From Scyliorhinus canicula (taxonomy: Eukaryota): a stretch of 64,000 bases of DNA. Position numbers and translations under genes: made by a program. How positions within the stretch are numbered: the stretch's first letter is position 1; the number at the start of each line of letters is the position of its first letter. Below the pieces are notes generated by a model that saw only the letters and a program-made list of their open reading frames with translations, was not told the DNA's origin and did not search any database. The stretch covers positions 231,162,986-231,226,985 of the forward strand of contig NC_052149.1 of the NCBI RefSeq assembly GCF_902713615.1. The letters are read 5' to 3'. Below are positions 22,478 to 34,747 of the stretch, in pieces.

Positions 22478-23691
22478 AGATGCTGCCGCCCAACCTGAGG
22501 TAGTGTCATCTGAAGCCAGACCCTCAAGGGCACTGGCTGTTTGAGGATATCCTGGACAAATGGCAACAGTAGTAAACCTTTTAACCTTTTGTACTTGCTC
22601 CATCATTCAATGGCATCTTTCCCACTCTAACTCCATAGTGTTTGATTATGTGAGCCTGTTTACAATTGATGCTCACTGTGCTTGTTTAGTTCAGCCTGGG
22701 TGTGGACTCGGAGAAAAGTAAACCAAACCGTATAAAGAGCCGGAAGCATGGAGACATTTCAAAGCACCGTGAAAAAAAAATCTGTTGTACACATAATAAC
22801 TAGTGTGTTCTGTGCTTAAGTCTGAGATGTAAAATATTCAACGACCACTGGAGTAATGCTGTTTTAGAGGATTCGGACAGACAAACAGGCACTAAGAGAA
22901 TACACAAGAGTGCTTAGTAGAGTTTTGCAAATATCATTGGACGTGTTGCTGGATAAAGTTGCTCGGGAATAATTTCATTCACTGGGATTTTCCAATCCCG
23001 CCCACCATGGGACCGGGGATTGCCGTCTTCCAAACTCCTTTTTCTGGTCTGTCAAATTTTGTTTCCCGACCACGACTATTCCTGCCATGGTCAGACAATC
23101 TGAACCTTTGTGCTGTCCGTTATGTCGGGATCTCGTTCCAGGAGGATGCTTTGATTTTCTAAGGTGCTGAGGGATGGAAAGGTGGGGAATTATGGTACAA
23201 GGATGACACAGGGATATTTTCAGAAGAATAGGAATCTGGTCAGCTCCTCACGGAAGCCACAGTTTCTTGGATGTCCCCTTCCTCCCTCCGCTCCCTCCTC
23301 CTTCAGAGTACAGCTTCCCCTCTCTGCTGCCTCGGCTCCATCTCCCCGTCATGCTGCAGTTCATCAGTGTGTGTAACCAGAGCCACCCTCCCCTCACCCA
23401 CCCTGTCGAAGGAGGCCTTCAAAATTCCTTTGGGAATGTCCAGGAACTTCCTTCTGACTCCAATAGCTCGGGTGAGCTCCCCCACAGAATGTCCACTCAC
23501 TTTAGTCAGAAGATCCTCTCCTCAACATCCCATGATGCCAATGTTTGAAGAATGTTATTGGTTATCCCTGGTGTGGCTGAAGGCAGGTTGAGCTGCGAGT
23601 GTTTGAGAGGGATGAATGTTGGCCCAGGACACGGGGGAACTCCCCTTGCTCTTCACAAGATAGTGGCTGTGGGACCTTCTACCCATTTGAG

Positions 23692-24287
23692 AGGGTAGCA
23701 CGGTAGCATTGTGGATAGCACAAATGTTTCACAGCTCCAGGGTCCCAGGTTCGATTCCAGCTTGAGTCACTGTTTGTGCGGAGTCTGCACATCCTCCCCG
23801 TGTGTGTGTGTGGGTTTCCTCCGGGTACTCCGGTTTCCTCCCACAGTCCAAAGATGTGCAGGTTAGGTGGATTGGCCATGATAAATTGCCCTTAGTATCC
23901 AAAATGGCCCTTAGTGTTGGGTGGGGTTACTGGGTTATGGGGATAGGGTGGAGGTGTTGACCTTGGGTAGGGTGCTCTTTCCAAGAGCCGGTGCAGACTC
24001 GATGGGCCGAATGGCCTCCTTCTGCACTGTAAATTGTGTGTGTGTGTGAGTGCGCTCCTTTTAAAAAATAAATTTAGAGTACCCAATTCAATTTTTCCAA
24101 TTAAGGGGCAATTTAGCGTTGCCAATCCACCTACCCTGCACATCTTTGGGTTGTGGGGGTGAAACCCACGCAAACACGGGGAGAATGTGCAAACTCCACA
24201 CGGACGGTGACCCAGAGCCGGGATTGAACCTGGGACCTCGGCGCCGTGAGGCAGCAGGGCTAACCCACTGCGCCACCGTGCTGCCCT
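23692..24287. mobile_element. Tail-to-tail SINE pair (23692-24035 plus, 24060-24287 minus)
   Basis: Long and short forms in opposite orientation. Confidence 0.88.
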
Positions 24288-24959
24288 GAGTGCCCCCCTT
24301 TTAACGCTTCACCCAAAGAGGCATTGTGATTCAACACAATTAGTATTATTAAAGCTTCACCGTCATGCTTCAATTTGAATGGCTGGTGAAGTAGTTCCAA
24401 CTTCTCCGGAGTGAATAGATCAGTCCTGCCAATTGCTCCCTAATCTGGGAATTATCATGGGGAACTGTGGCTGCGGAAGCTCTGTGAATTATCTTGTTCC
24501 ACCATTGCATCACACAGGATGTCCCTTGGACCCATTCCCATTATTTCATCCAGTGACTACATCAGATTCCAGAGAGAGGGAATTCTGTGGAGCTAACTTC
24601 CTCTGCGCAGGGCCACCGAGATAATTGGGCCAGCCAGCCAAAGAGAAGACATTCGAGGGGTGACCAAACCAGGCGTGGGATCTTCCGGCCGTACCCACGG
24701 ACCCTTGGCTGGTCTGTTACATTTTACGCCCCCGGCCACGACGATTCCCTCCAAGGGCAAGATCAGAAAGCCTCGGCCTTGGCCAGAGGGCTTCAGGAAG
24801 CATCTGAGAGGAGGAGCAGGAAGTGGTGAGCTGGCGAGGTTTACCACAGAGTGGCAGCGTTCAGAGCCTCAGCAGCTGAGAGCGCGGTGAAGTGATTAAA
24901 ATCAGCGATGCGCAAGGCCCCAGGACTGGAGGAGCACAGAGAACCCGGAGATTTGGGGT

Positions 24960-26450
24960 TGGGAGATGGGGAGGGCTGTGTGCGGGGTGGTGGGGGGGGG
25001 GGGGGGGGTGGTGTGTGTGTGGGGGGTTGGTGGAGGGGTGTGTGGGGTGGTGGGGGAGGGGTGTGTGCAGGGGGGTGGGGGGAGGGGTGTGTGGGGTGGT
25101 GCGGGGGCGTTCGAGTTGGTGGGGAGGGGTTTGTGGGGTGGTGGGGGAGGGGTGTGTGGGGTGGTGGAGAACGGGTGTCTGCGGGGTCTGGGGGAGGGGT
25201 GTGTAGGGTGGTGGGGGGTGGGGGCGAGTTGGTGGGGGAGGGGTGTGTGGGACGGGTGTGTGCGGGGTAGTGGGGGGCGGGTGTGTGCGGGTTGGTGGGG
25301 GAGGGGTGTGTGCAGGGGGGTGGGGGTAGGGGTGTGTGGGGTGGTGGGGGGGGGGTGCGAGTTGGTGGGGGACGGGTGTGTGCCGAGTAGTGGGGGAGGG
25401 GTGTGCGGGGGATGGGCGAAGGGTGTTCAGGGTGTGGGGAGGGGTGGGTGCGGGGGGGGAGGGGTGTGTGCGGCATTGCGGGGGGGGAGGCGAGGTGGTG
25501 CGCAGTGTGGGGCAGGGGTGTGTGCGGGGGGAGGCAAGGTGGTGCGCGGTGTGGGGGAGGTTGTGTGCGGGGGGGGAGGTGAGGTGGTGCGTGGTGTGGG
25601 GGAGGGGTGTGTGCGGGGGGAGGCGAGGTGGTGCGCGGTGTGGGGGAGGGGTGTGTGCGGGGGGAGGCAAGGTGGTGCGCGGTGTGGGGGAGGGGTGTGT
25701 GCGGGGGGAGGCGAGGTGGTGCGCGGTGTGGGGGAGGGGTGTGTGCGGGGGAGGCGAGGTGGTGCGCGGTGTGGGGGAGGGGTGTGTGCGGGGGGAGGCG
25801 AGGTGGTGCGCGGTGTGGGGGAGGGGTGTGTGCGGGGGTGTGTGTGCGGGGGGAGGCGAGGTGATGCGCGGTGTGGGGGGGGGGGTGCGGGGGATGGGTG
25901 AAGGGTGTTCAGGGTGTGGGGAGGGGTGGGTGCGGGGGGGGAGGGGTGTGTGTGGGGGGAGGCGAGGTGGTGCGCGGTGTGGGGGAGGGGTGTGTGCGGG
26001 GGGAGGCGAGGTGATGCGCGGTGTGGGGGGGGGTGCGGGGGATGGGTGAAGGGTGTTCAGGGTGTGGGGAGGGGTGGGTGCGGGGGGGGAGGGGTGTGTG
26101 CGGGGGGAGGCGAGGTGGTGCGCGGTGTGGGGGAGGGGTGTGTGCGGGGGTGCGGGGGAGGTGAGGTGGTGCGCGATGTGGGGGAGGGGTGTGTGCGGCG
26201 GGGAGGCGAGGTGGTGCGCGGTGTGGGGGAGGGGTGTGTGCGGGGGGTGCAGGGGGGAGGTGAGGTGGTGCGCGATGTGGGAGAGGGGTGTGTGCGGGGG
26301 TGCAGGAGGGAGGTGAGGTGGTGCGCGGTGTGGGAGAGGGGTGTGTGCGGGGGGAGGCGAGGTGGTGCGCGGTGTGGGGGAGGGGTGTGTGCGGGGGGTG
26401 CAGGGGGGAGGTGAGGTGGTGCGCGGTGTGGGGAGGGGTGGGTGGCAGTG
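24960..26450 (+). repeat. G-rich minisatellite (~40-45-bp unit ggggggaggcgaggtggtgcgcggtgtgggggaggggtgtgtgc)
   Basis: Many diverged tandem copies with extreme G/C strand skew. Confidence 0.92.
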
Positions 26451-27919
26451 ATATTGAATGGGGACTTGTGCAAGTCAGGACGTGGGTAACTGAAGTCGAC
26501 GGAGTTTGGGATGTGGGAGTCTGGGAATGGGAGCATTGGAATTGTGGAATCTGAAGGCATCAATGACGATGGAGGAGGATTGCAACAGAAGATGGGTCAA
26601 TTAGTCCAAAAAGGTGGATCACAAGCAGCTCCTCGAGAACAATGAAACATGGGCAACAAGTTCCCAACTTGCCAGTGACACTCATCCCAGCAATAAATGA
26701 AACATAGGGGCAAGAGGGGCAAAGACACACAAGTACCCTCGTCTACGTGGGTCTTGGCTCCACAACCCAAAGATGTGCAGGGTAGATGGATTGGCCATGC
26801 TAAATTGCCCCTTAATTGGAAAAAAAGGACACAGTCATGTAATTTTCCTCTGACCTTTATTCCTTTGTTACTCCTTTATAACAAATCCAAATCCTTTCTC
26901 TTTTACAAATGACATTAATCAGAAGCCATTTTCTCATCTCAGAAGCTCTCTGAACACCCACCACCCCCTGAGCAAGGAATCACCACTGTACCACAGTTAG
27001 CACATTCCACCAAGTCCGCAATTCACTGCCCAGAGCCCCTCCTCCCTCCCTCGAGCGACATTAATGGTCATTCCTATAACAGCCTGCCCTCTCAGCTAAT
27101 GTCGCTTCTTCTTAAACTTATCCACCAACATCGACACAACTACACGCAGGAAAAACTTTATTTAAGCAAATCTTAATTATAATGTGCAAATCTTAAAACA
27201 ACACAAGTTTTTAAATGCAAAGGCCATAGAAACTCCAGCAGGTGATAGGTCACCCCTCTGACAGAAACCAAACTAAAATGAATGAATAGTCCTTGAAAGA
27301 AATGTCCCACTTTTGGGAAAGGTACTGGTTGTAAAGCCGGCACTGCCAAAAATATTAATAGATTAGCCGCATCGTTTGCAATGTCGGCGGCAGATCCGTC
27401 AAAAATTACCTCATGCTCATAACGCGGACGCACTTCAGAAACCTTTTCCACAGCAATGCGCTCCTATTCAAACTCAAAGTTACCCAGCAAAAATAGGCAA
27501 CAATTTCTAGCGCTTAAAGCCGCAATGCACATCACACACTGACAGAAGAGTTGGCGAAACTGTTTGCCAAACTGCTCATTTCACCGGGGACTTCCTGTCA
27601 TTGAGGCCAAGATGCTCATGGGAGCCATGTCTGACCTGCAAAATTGTGGCAGATTGGCACTGGGTCAATCAGTAGAAAGTGCAGCCAATTGTCCAGCTCA
27701 TGGCTCAACCTCTCATCATTTTGATTGAAAAACTAGCAAGGTAGCATCGTCATATGGAGCCCGTCGCCGTATCAGATTATTTGACAGATGAACACTGCTG
27801 CCGGTTGCAAACACCTGTGAGAAACTGACTGGTTTGGATTTGGCTTGTGTGTCTCTGTGAGAGGATCAAAGGGAATGAACAGAGAAGACTTTTCATCCTT
27901 GATTGGGCCAAAGTGGGTT

Positions 27920-28140
27920 TTTTTAATTTAGAGCGTCCAATTATTTTCTTCCAATTAAGGGGCAATTTAGGGTGTCCAATCCACCTACCCTGCACATCTA
28001 TGGGTTGTGGGGGTGAAACCCACGCAGACATGGGGAGAATGTGCAAACTCCACACGGACAGTGACCCAGGGCCGGGATTCGAACCCGGGTCCTCAGCCTT
28101 ACAGTCCCAGTGCTAACCACTGCGCCATGTGCCATGCTGG
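27920..28140 (-). mobile_element. tRNA-derived SINE (short form)
   Basis: Similar to other copies in the window. Confidence 0.85.
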
Positions 28141-28241
28141 GTTAAAGTTGATGGTGAAGGATATTAACCACAGGGAATTTGCTGATCCACGGCTTTGATA
28201 AAGTTGTATGAAAATAAAACAACAAGAATAAATTCCCTCCC

Positions 28242-29548
28242 TTTATTGCAAAATTATTTTCCCCATCTACAGTTAGCAATCGCTGTTAAGTAACAAATAA
28301 AAAGAACAGGAAGCAATATCATTTTCTCGCAAGTTGATTATAGGCAATACTAGCTTCAAACAAAGTAATCAATAGCCAGGCACACAGTTAGAAGGTGATG
28401 CTTCGGTAAGGTGTGGTAATGTATATCGTAGGAATATAAACTGGTACTACCACGATAACCCGTTCAAACCTTGAACCCCAAAATATGGGGATGGGGCAAA
28501 GTCACTTTGCATCGAAAAACAATTCGCCGAGGAACAATTTCTGGCCCAAATCATCTACTTCTGAATCCGAATGCGGCCAATGCTAGCCAGGTCAACAAAT
28601 ATTGAGCATCCCTGGTCAACAAATATTGAGCATCCCTGGTTGACCTTTTGAGATGGTGATGCGAGCTTTCTTCTGAACCCATTTCAGTCTGTGGAGTGAT
28701 TGTCCTTCAATGCTGCAGTTGGCGGGGTACAGTGCAGAGGGGTTGGGTGGGGGGATGGAGGAGGTGGAAAGAGGGGGGTGGACTTCGAGGGTCATGACCC
28801 CAGTATAAAAGTGCCAACAGAGGTTTTAGATTCAAATCAAGATGGGCCGTGTGGCTAATGGACAGGTCAGTATATAAAGGAGAAGGGCAGGTTTAGATAA
28901 TAGTTGGGAGCCATCATTGGATTAGGCCCTAAAGAAGGATCCCCCCTCCATCTCAAACCTTTGCCCCTTTTGATGTCGTGAATTGCCAGAATTCTCTCAC
29001 TAATCGTGTTCTGGCATCCAGTTATTTATGTTCCTCTGTACCAGTGTATATTCCTTTGGCATTTCTACGATTAAACCACTCCCGTCTGACATTTTACTCT
29101 TCAGCTCTCCTCATGTCTCAATGTTGGCAAGTTTGAAACGGCAAATCGTTTTGGGTTTTTTTAAGTAGGGCCTGAGATTTAGGGGATGTTGTTCTCCCGG
29201 TTCCCTGTGGGCCACCCAAGAACAAACCTCGGAGGGGGAATACTGTGTTTTGTCACTTCCTCCTGGGAATTGGATCACAGCATCCCCGTGGAATTTCCTT
29301 ATTGGGGATGGGGGGGGGGGGGGGAGCGCCAAATTAGGAATGGCAAAGATCTGGGCAAGTTGAGACAAGTCTTCAAGAAGAGTGGGAAGTACAATAGCCA
29401 GGCAAGGAGGCAGCTGTCAACGGTTAGCGATCATACCCAAGGTTAATAAAAATCAGTAGTTGCAATTAATGAATGATTGAATTGTGGAGGGTATCCAGCC
29501 AGGATGTGCCCGTCTCTCCATCAAGAGTCCATCTTCACCCTTAGTGTG
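28242..29548 (-). other. Candidate CD74 terminal exon / 3' UTR
   Basis: Strong acceptor ctctttctctttgattacag| at 29549, then 'ca cac taa' (stop after two codons in phase 1), then mostly non-repeat sequence. AATAAA on the minus strand at 28242-28247 and 27157-27162. Other acceptors (e.g. 32537) are possible. Confidence 0.35.
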
Positions 29549-30114
29549 CTGTAATCAAAGAGAAAGAGTTCACATGAGTTTAAAAATTATTCCAAAATTT
29601 TGAAGTTTCAACAATGTTTTCAACATTGTTTTCCTCTGGGTTCCATATGCAGACAATTTGTATTGTTTTTAAAAATTCTTTCATGGAACACAGGATTGCT
29701 GGCTCGGCCACGACTATTTAATGGCCATCCCTAATTGCCTTTGAGAAGGTGGTGATGAGCCACCTTCATGAACCGTTGCATCCCCCCCCCTGCTGTAGGT
29801 ACACCCACGGCGCTGGTAGAGTGAGAGTTCCAGGATTTTTGACCCAGTGACAGTGAAGGAACGGCCGATATATTTCCCAGTCAGGATGGTTAGTGGTTTG
29901 AAGGGGAACTTTCAGGTGGTGGTGTTCCTATGTGCCCTTCTAGATGGCAGAGCGCATGGAAGGTGCTGTTGAAGGAGCCTTGGTGAGTTCCTGTGGTGCA
30001 TCTTGTAGATGGTACACACGGCTGTTACTGTGCGTCGGTGTTGGAGGGAGTGAATGTTTGTGGAAGGTGTGCCAATCAGATGGCTGCTTTGTTCTGGTTG
30101 AGCTTCTTAGATAC

Positions 30115-30815
30115 ATAGAACATACATACAGTGCAGAAGGAGGCCATTCGGCCCATTGGGTCTGCACCAACCCACTTAAGTCCTCGCTTCCACCCTATCT
30201 CCATAACCCAATAACCCCTCTAACCTTTTTTGGTCACTAAGGCCAATTTAACGTGGCCAATCCACCCAACCTGTACATCTTTGGACTGTGGGTGGAAACC
30301 GGAGCACCCGGAGGAAACCAATGCAGATATGGGGAGAACGTGCAGACTCCACACAGACAGTGACCCAGCAGGGAATCGAACCTGGGACCCTGGCACTGTG
30401 AAGCAAAAATGCTAACCACTGTGCCACCGTGCCGCCCTTGAGTGATGTTGGTGCTGTATTCATCCAGGTAAGTATTCCATTACACTCCTGACTTCATGGA
30501 ATCCATACCGTGCAGAAGGAGGTCATTCAGCCCATCAAATCTGCACCGAACCTCCGAAAGAGCACCCCATCTGGGCCCAATCCCCAGTCCTATCCCACCC
30601 AACCTCTGGACACTGAGGGGAAATTTAGCACGGCCAATCCGCCTAACCCGCACATCTTTGGACTGTGGGAGGAAACCGGAGCACCCGGAGGAAACCCACG
30701 CGCACACGGGGAGAACATGCAGACTCCGCACAGACAGTGACCCAAGGCCGGAATTGAACTCGAGTCACTTGGCGCTGTGAGGCAGCAGTGCTAACCACTT
30801 TGCCACCATGCCGCC
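30115..30815 (-). mobile_element. Two tandem long-form SINEs (30115-30437, 30495-30815)
   Basis: Similar to other copies in the window. Confidence 0.87.
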
Positions 30816-31002
30816 TGTGTCTTGTAGATGATGGACAGGCTGTGGGGAGTCTGGAGGTGAGTTACTCACTGCGGCATTCCTCAATGTTGCATTTTATTTT
30901 GTGTCTTTCATGACCTCAGACCTTCCCAGAACACTTTACATCCAATGCAGTGCTTTTGAAGTGCGAATGTACGGAATGTGGCTACCAATATGCACACTGA
31001 CT

Positions 31003-31202
31003 AGTAAGAAGTCTTGCAACACCAGGTTAAACTCCAATGGGTTTGTTTCAAATCGCTAGCTTTCGGAGCAGAGCTCCTTCATCAGGAAGGAGCTGTGCTC
31101 CGAAAGCTAGTGATTCGAAACAAACCTGTAGGACTTTAACATGGTGTTGTAAGACTTCTTACCGTGCCCACCCTAGTCCAACGCTGGCATCTCCACAGCA
31201 TG
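31003..31202. mobile_element. Second Penelope-type palindromic insert with the centre deleted
   Basis: Same arms as 50471-50707; near-perfect TSD gcacactgactag / gcacactaactag. The minus strand keeps CUGAUGA-GGAGC/GCUCC-GAAAGCUA. Confidence 0.75.
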
Positions 31203-31864
31203 GCACACTAACTAGGGTTGCAAACTCTCCAGGATTTGCCCAAAGCCTCCAGGAACTGAAGATCAATCTCCACGACACACTGCTGTGTCCGATCCTAGAG
31301 AAAATTATTCAGGGCATTAAAAAAGATTGGGGATTTTTTTTTCTCATGTTCATTGAATATTTTGGGAATGTCAGATTGGAGATTGTGCTGAAATCTCACC
31401 CACAACTCGCTGACTCAGAGACGAGAGTTACTCACTGAGCCACAAATGACAGAAACCTCCCTCTGTGGTATTCAATTTGGACCCTGTTTGTAATTTCCAT
31501 CGAACACAAAGCAGAAAGCCACAGTGAGCGTAAAACAACATTCCCTTGAATAGTGAGCAGAAGCGTCCCTTTCTGTATCTGCCAAAACCTCCACCCTTCA
31601 GGGTTAAATTGCAAAGGCGGGTTGCAGAAACTGGCTTGAGAGCTTTAAAATGAAGGTGTTGTCCCATTGTTCCCGTACCAACCTCCCCGGACAGGTGCCG
31701 GAATGTGGCGACTAGGGGCTCTTCACAGTAACTTCATTGAAGCCTACTCGTGACAATAAGCGATATTCATTCATTCATATTTATTCATTGTTCAACTGGG
31801 AACTAACGTGGATCAGCGAGCGTGACAGCAACTGGTGAATGGGACTTGGTGCGAATTAGGGTAT

Positions 31865-32190
31865 AAGAACATAATAAGAACATGAGAACTAGGAGCAGGA
31901 GTAGGCCATCTGGCCCCTCGAGCCTGCTCCGCCATTCAATTAGATCATGGCTGATCTTTTGTGGACTCAGCTCCACTTTCCGGCCCGAACACCATAACCC
32001 TTAATCCCTTTATTCTTCAAAAAACTATCTATCTTTATCTTAAAAACATGTAATGAAGGAGCCTCAACTGCTTCACTGGGCAAGGAATTCCATAGATTCA
32101 GAACCCTTTGGGTGAAGAAGTTCCTCCTAAACTCAGTCCGAAATCTACTTCCCCTTATTTTGAGGCTATGCCCCCTAGTTCTGCTGTCAC
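31865..32190 (-). mobile_element. CR1 3' fragment
   Basis: RTRGHSLKIRGSRFRTEFRRNFFTQRVLNLWNSLP; (cataaga)n tail. Confidence 0.85.
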
Positions 32191-33439
32191 CCGCCAGTGG
32201 AAACAACCAGGTGGCAAGGCTTTGGAGGGGAGGAGGTGGGTGGTTGGTCAGCAGGAGGAGCATAAATACCGCATGGCCCCATTGGGCTGAATGGCCTATT
32301 TCTGTCCTTTGGGGATCAGGGAACATTTGTATCAAATTTTCCCTCAGTGACATATACGTGTGAGTGGAATCCATTGCAGGGGAGAGTTTATATTGCCTGT
32401 GGAAGGATAATAAATGGATAAGTAGAGTTTATTATAGCTTATAGCTTGGACACAGGGTTTTGAGGACTTTCCTCATTTCTGGCCTCATTACATTCTTCAG
32501 GTCACACATGGACCATGCACAACAGTCCTTCCTAACCTGCAGGGGCAAAGCGTTGTCGTGCCAAACGATTTTTACAGTAACTTCATTGCAGTGTTAATCT
32601 AAGCTTACTTGTGACACTAATAAAGATTATCGTTATTATTATTGTACAATTCATAGAATGTCACACAAGTGGGTAGTGGCCCTCCCCTTGAATCTTTGCG
32701 GGTACGTCTGCTTTGCAGGATTACAGAACGCTGCGCAGTGTTAATGTCATTCCGAGACACGCAGAGTTGAAAATACAACTCTAGTCAAGAGTCCAAACCA
32801 TTCTAAAAGCCATCCAGCCATCCTCGAAATGTGCTGCGTTGGTTGTTAAGGCTGCAGCAGTATTTGGGGAGTTGTCCGCTATGGTTGATCTTCGGACCCA
32901 ATAGTTTTCACTCCTGATCCCTGGTGGGTGAATCCTTCTGGGCGGTTCCAAAGGATGGGCCCCAGTGATGGCCTGCCATTTTGACCTGGCTGAATTAGTC
33001 TTTCCCTGAGGGCTATTCTCATTGAGGGGCTTCAAACGATTGGTGTGGTAACGCCGGACAAATCCTTTATTCTGATAGTGGGCTGGGATGGAGGGGCGGG
33101 GGGTCTTGGGGTGGAGGGGGTGGCATCGGAAACTAGGGAACCAAATCTTAAAATTAGTGCAATTAGGAGCAAACTGAGAGAGAAATTCTACACACAAAGG
33201 GTAAGGGAAATCTGGAAGTCTCTCTGCACTGAAAAGGTTGTGGATTCTGGGGATCAATTGGATCATTCACGTCTATGACAGATTTCCTTGAAAGTAAGGC
33301 CATAAAGAAAGATGGAGCAAAAGCAGCAAAAAGGTGCTAAGGTACAGATCAATCGTTGTCGTATCAAATTGTGGGACAGGCTTGAGGGGCAGAATAGTTA
33401 AATTCCATTCCTACATTTCAGTTTATCCGTTCACGGGAT

Positions 33440-34190
33440 AAGAGCTTTGCTGGCCAGGCCAATGTTTATTGCCCATCCCTAATTGCTCTTGAGTTGGTGG
33501 TGGTGAGCCGCCTCCTTGAACCGCTGCAGTCCCTGTGGTGTAGGTACACCCACTGTGCTGTTAGGGAGGGGATCCCTGGATTTTTGACCCAGTGACAGTG
33601 AAGGAACGGCGATGTATTTCCAAGTCAGGATGGTGAGTGACTTGGAGGGGAACATCCAAGTGCGGGCGCTCCCAAGTATCTGCTGACCCTGTCCTTCTAG
33701 CTGGTAGAGGTTTAGAAGGAGGCTGTTGAAGGAGTCTTGATGAATTGTTACAGTGCATCTTGTAGATGGTACACGCGGCTGCTGCTGTGTGTTGGTCGTG
33801 TCGGGAGTGAATACTTATTGTGGTGGATGGGGTGTCCTGGATGGTATCGAGCCTCTTGACTGTTGTTGGAGATTCACTTATCCAGGCAAGTGGGAAGTAT
33901 TTCATCACACTCCTGACTTGTGCCTTATAGATGGTGAACAGGCTTTGGGGAATTCACTTCAGAAATCCCAGCCTCTGAACTACTCCTGTAGCCACAGTAT
34001 TTATATAGCTAGTTCAGCTCAGTTTGAGGTTGTTAGCGATCCCTAGGATGTTGATGGTGGGGGACTCCACAATGGTAATACCAGTGAATGCCAAGAGGCG
34101 GTGGCTATTGCCTGGCACTTGCGTGGCGTGATTGCTACTTCCTACTTAGTTGGCCAAATATGAATGTTGTCCAGGTCTTGCTGCATGTGG
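33440..34190 (-). mobile_element. Fragment of another LINE family (related pieces at ~9430-9730, 29690-30100, 39905-40470, 59560-59830)
   Basis: Degenerate RT C-terminus M.YFPLAW....PTTVKRLDTIQD...TIYKMHC; shared 3' sequence caattagggatgggcaa. Confidence 0.65.
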
Positions 34191-34266
34191 GCTCTGAAAG
34201 GGGGTGGGGGGGTACTTTTTAAATCACATTTGTACTCCCAGGTAGATCAAGAAAACGAAAACATAC

Positions 34267-34464
34267 GTTTGCAGTTTAATTGGTGCCGACTGTCTGTTCC
34301 TTCGATCTTGGTTCCATTCAGATAAACGCACCAGCAGAATCCTGTGCTGGGCCAACATTGCTTCACCTCATAGTTTCCCATCTCATCACAGTTGGGGAGG
34401 AAGGCTCCAGGAATAATCCTGGCTTTCGTGCGACGTCTCTCACAGTCAGTGTCGGCTTTGAGCA
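34267..34464 (-). CDS. CD74: CD74 thyroglobulin type-1 domain exon (p41-type; VLKADTDCERRRTKARIIPGAFLPNCDEMGNYEVKQCWPSTGFCWCVYLNGTKIEGTDSRHQLNCK)
   Basis: Acceptor ccctttcctcatccag|tg, donor c|gtatgt, 198 nt, phase 1-1. Six Cys with QC and CWCV motifs. Confidence 0.96.
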
Positions 34465-34747
34465 CTGGATGAGGAAAGGGAATGATTGGCATCAGAATGA
34501 TGTTCTTCACATCCCAAGGTCCTCTGCTGGCAGCCTGTTTCCTGCATTTCCCCCCTAATCCCTCCATGGGCCTCTTCTGCCTCCCTGTCTCTGTCACCCC
34601 CCCCACACCCCGCCCCCCGCCCCCCCCCCCCCCACCTCCCCGAGCCCTTCAAACCTCCGAGATCTCTGCACTCCTTTCATTCTAAACACTTGTGCATCCT
34701 TGATTTTAATCTCGCCACGAGTAGTGGCCGTTCCTTCAGTAGCCTCG

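Noticed and set aside
24841-26563. Long Pro/His/Thr-rich and Gly/Val/Cys-rich ORFs (up to 311 aa)
   Set aside because: Translations of the G-rich minisatellite, open in many frames on both strands.
27173-27451. 92-aa minus-strand ORF
   Set aside because: No ATG at its start and no recognisable family; more likely UTR or intergenic sequence.
28590-28640. 24-bp direct duplication ggtcaacaaatattgagcatccct
   Set aside because: Two copies only, inside a decayed repeat; ordinary slippage.
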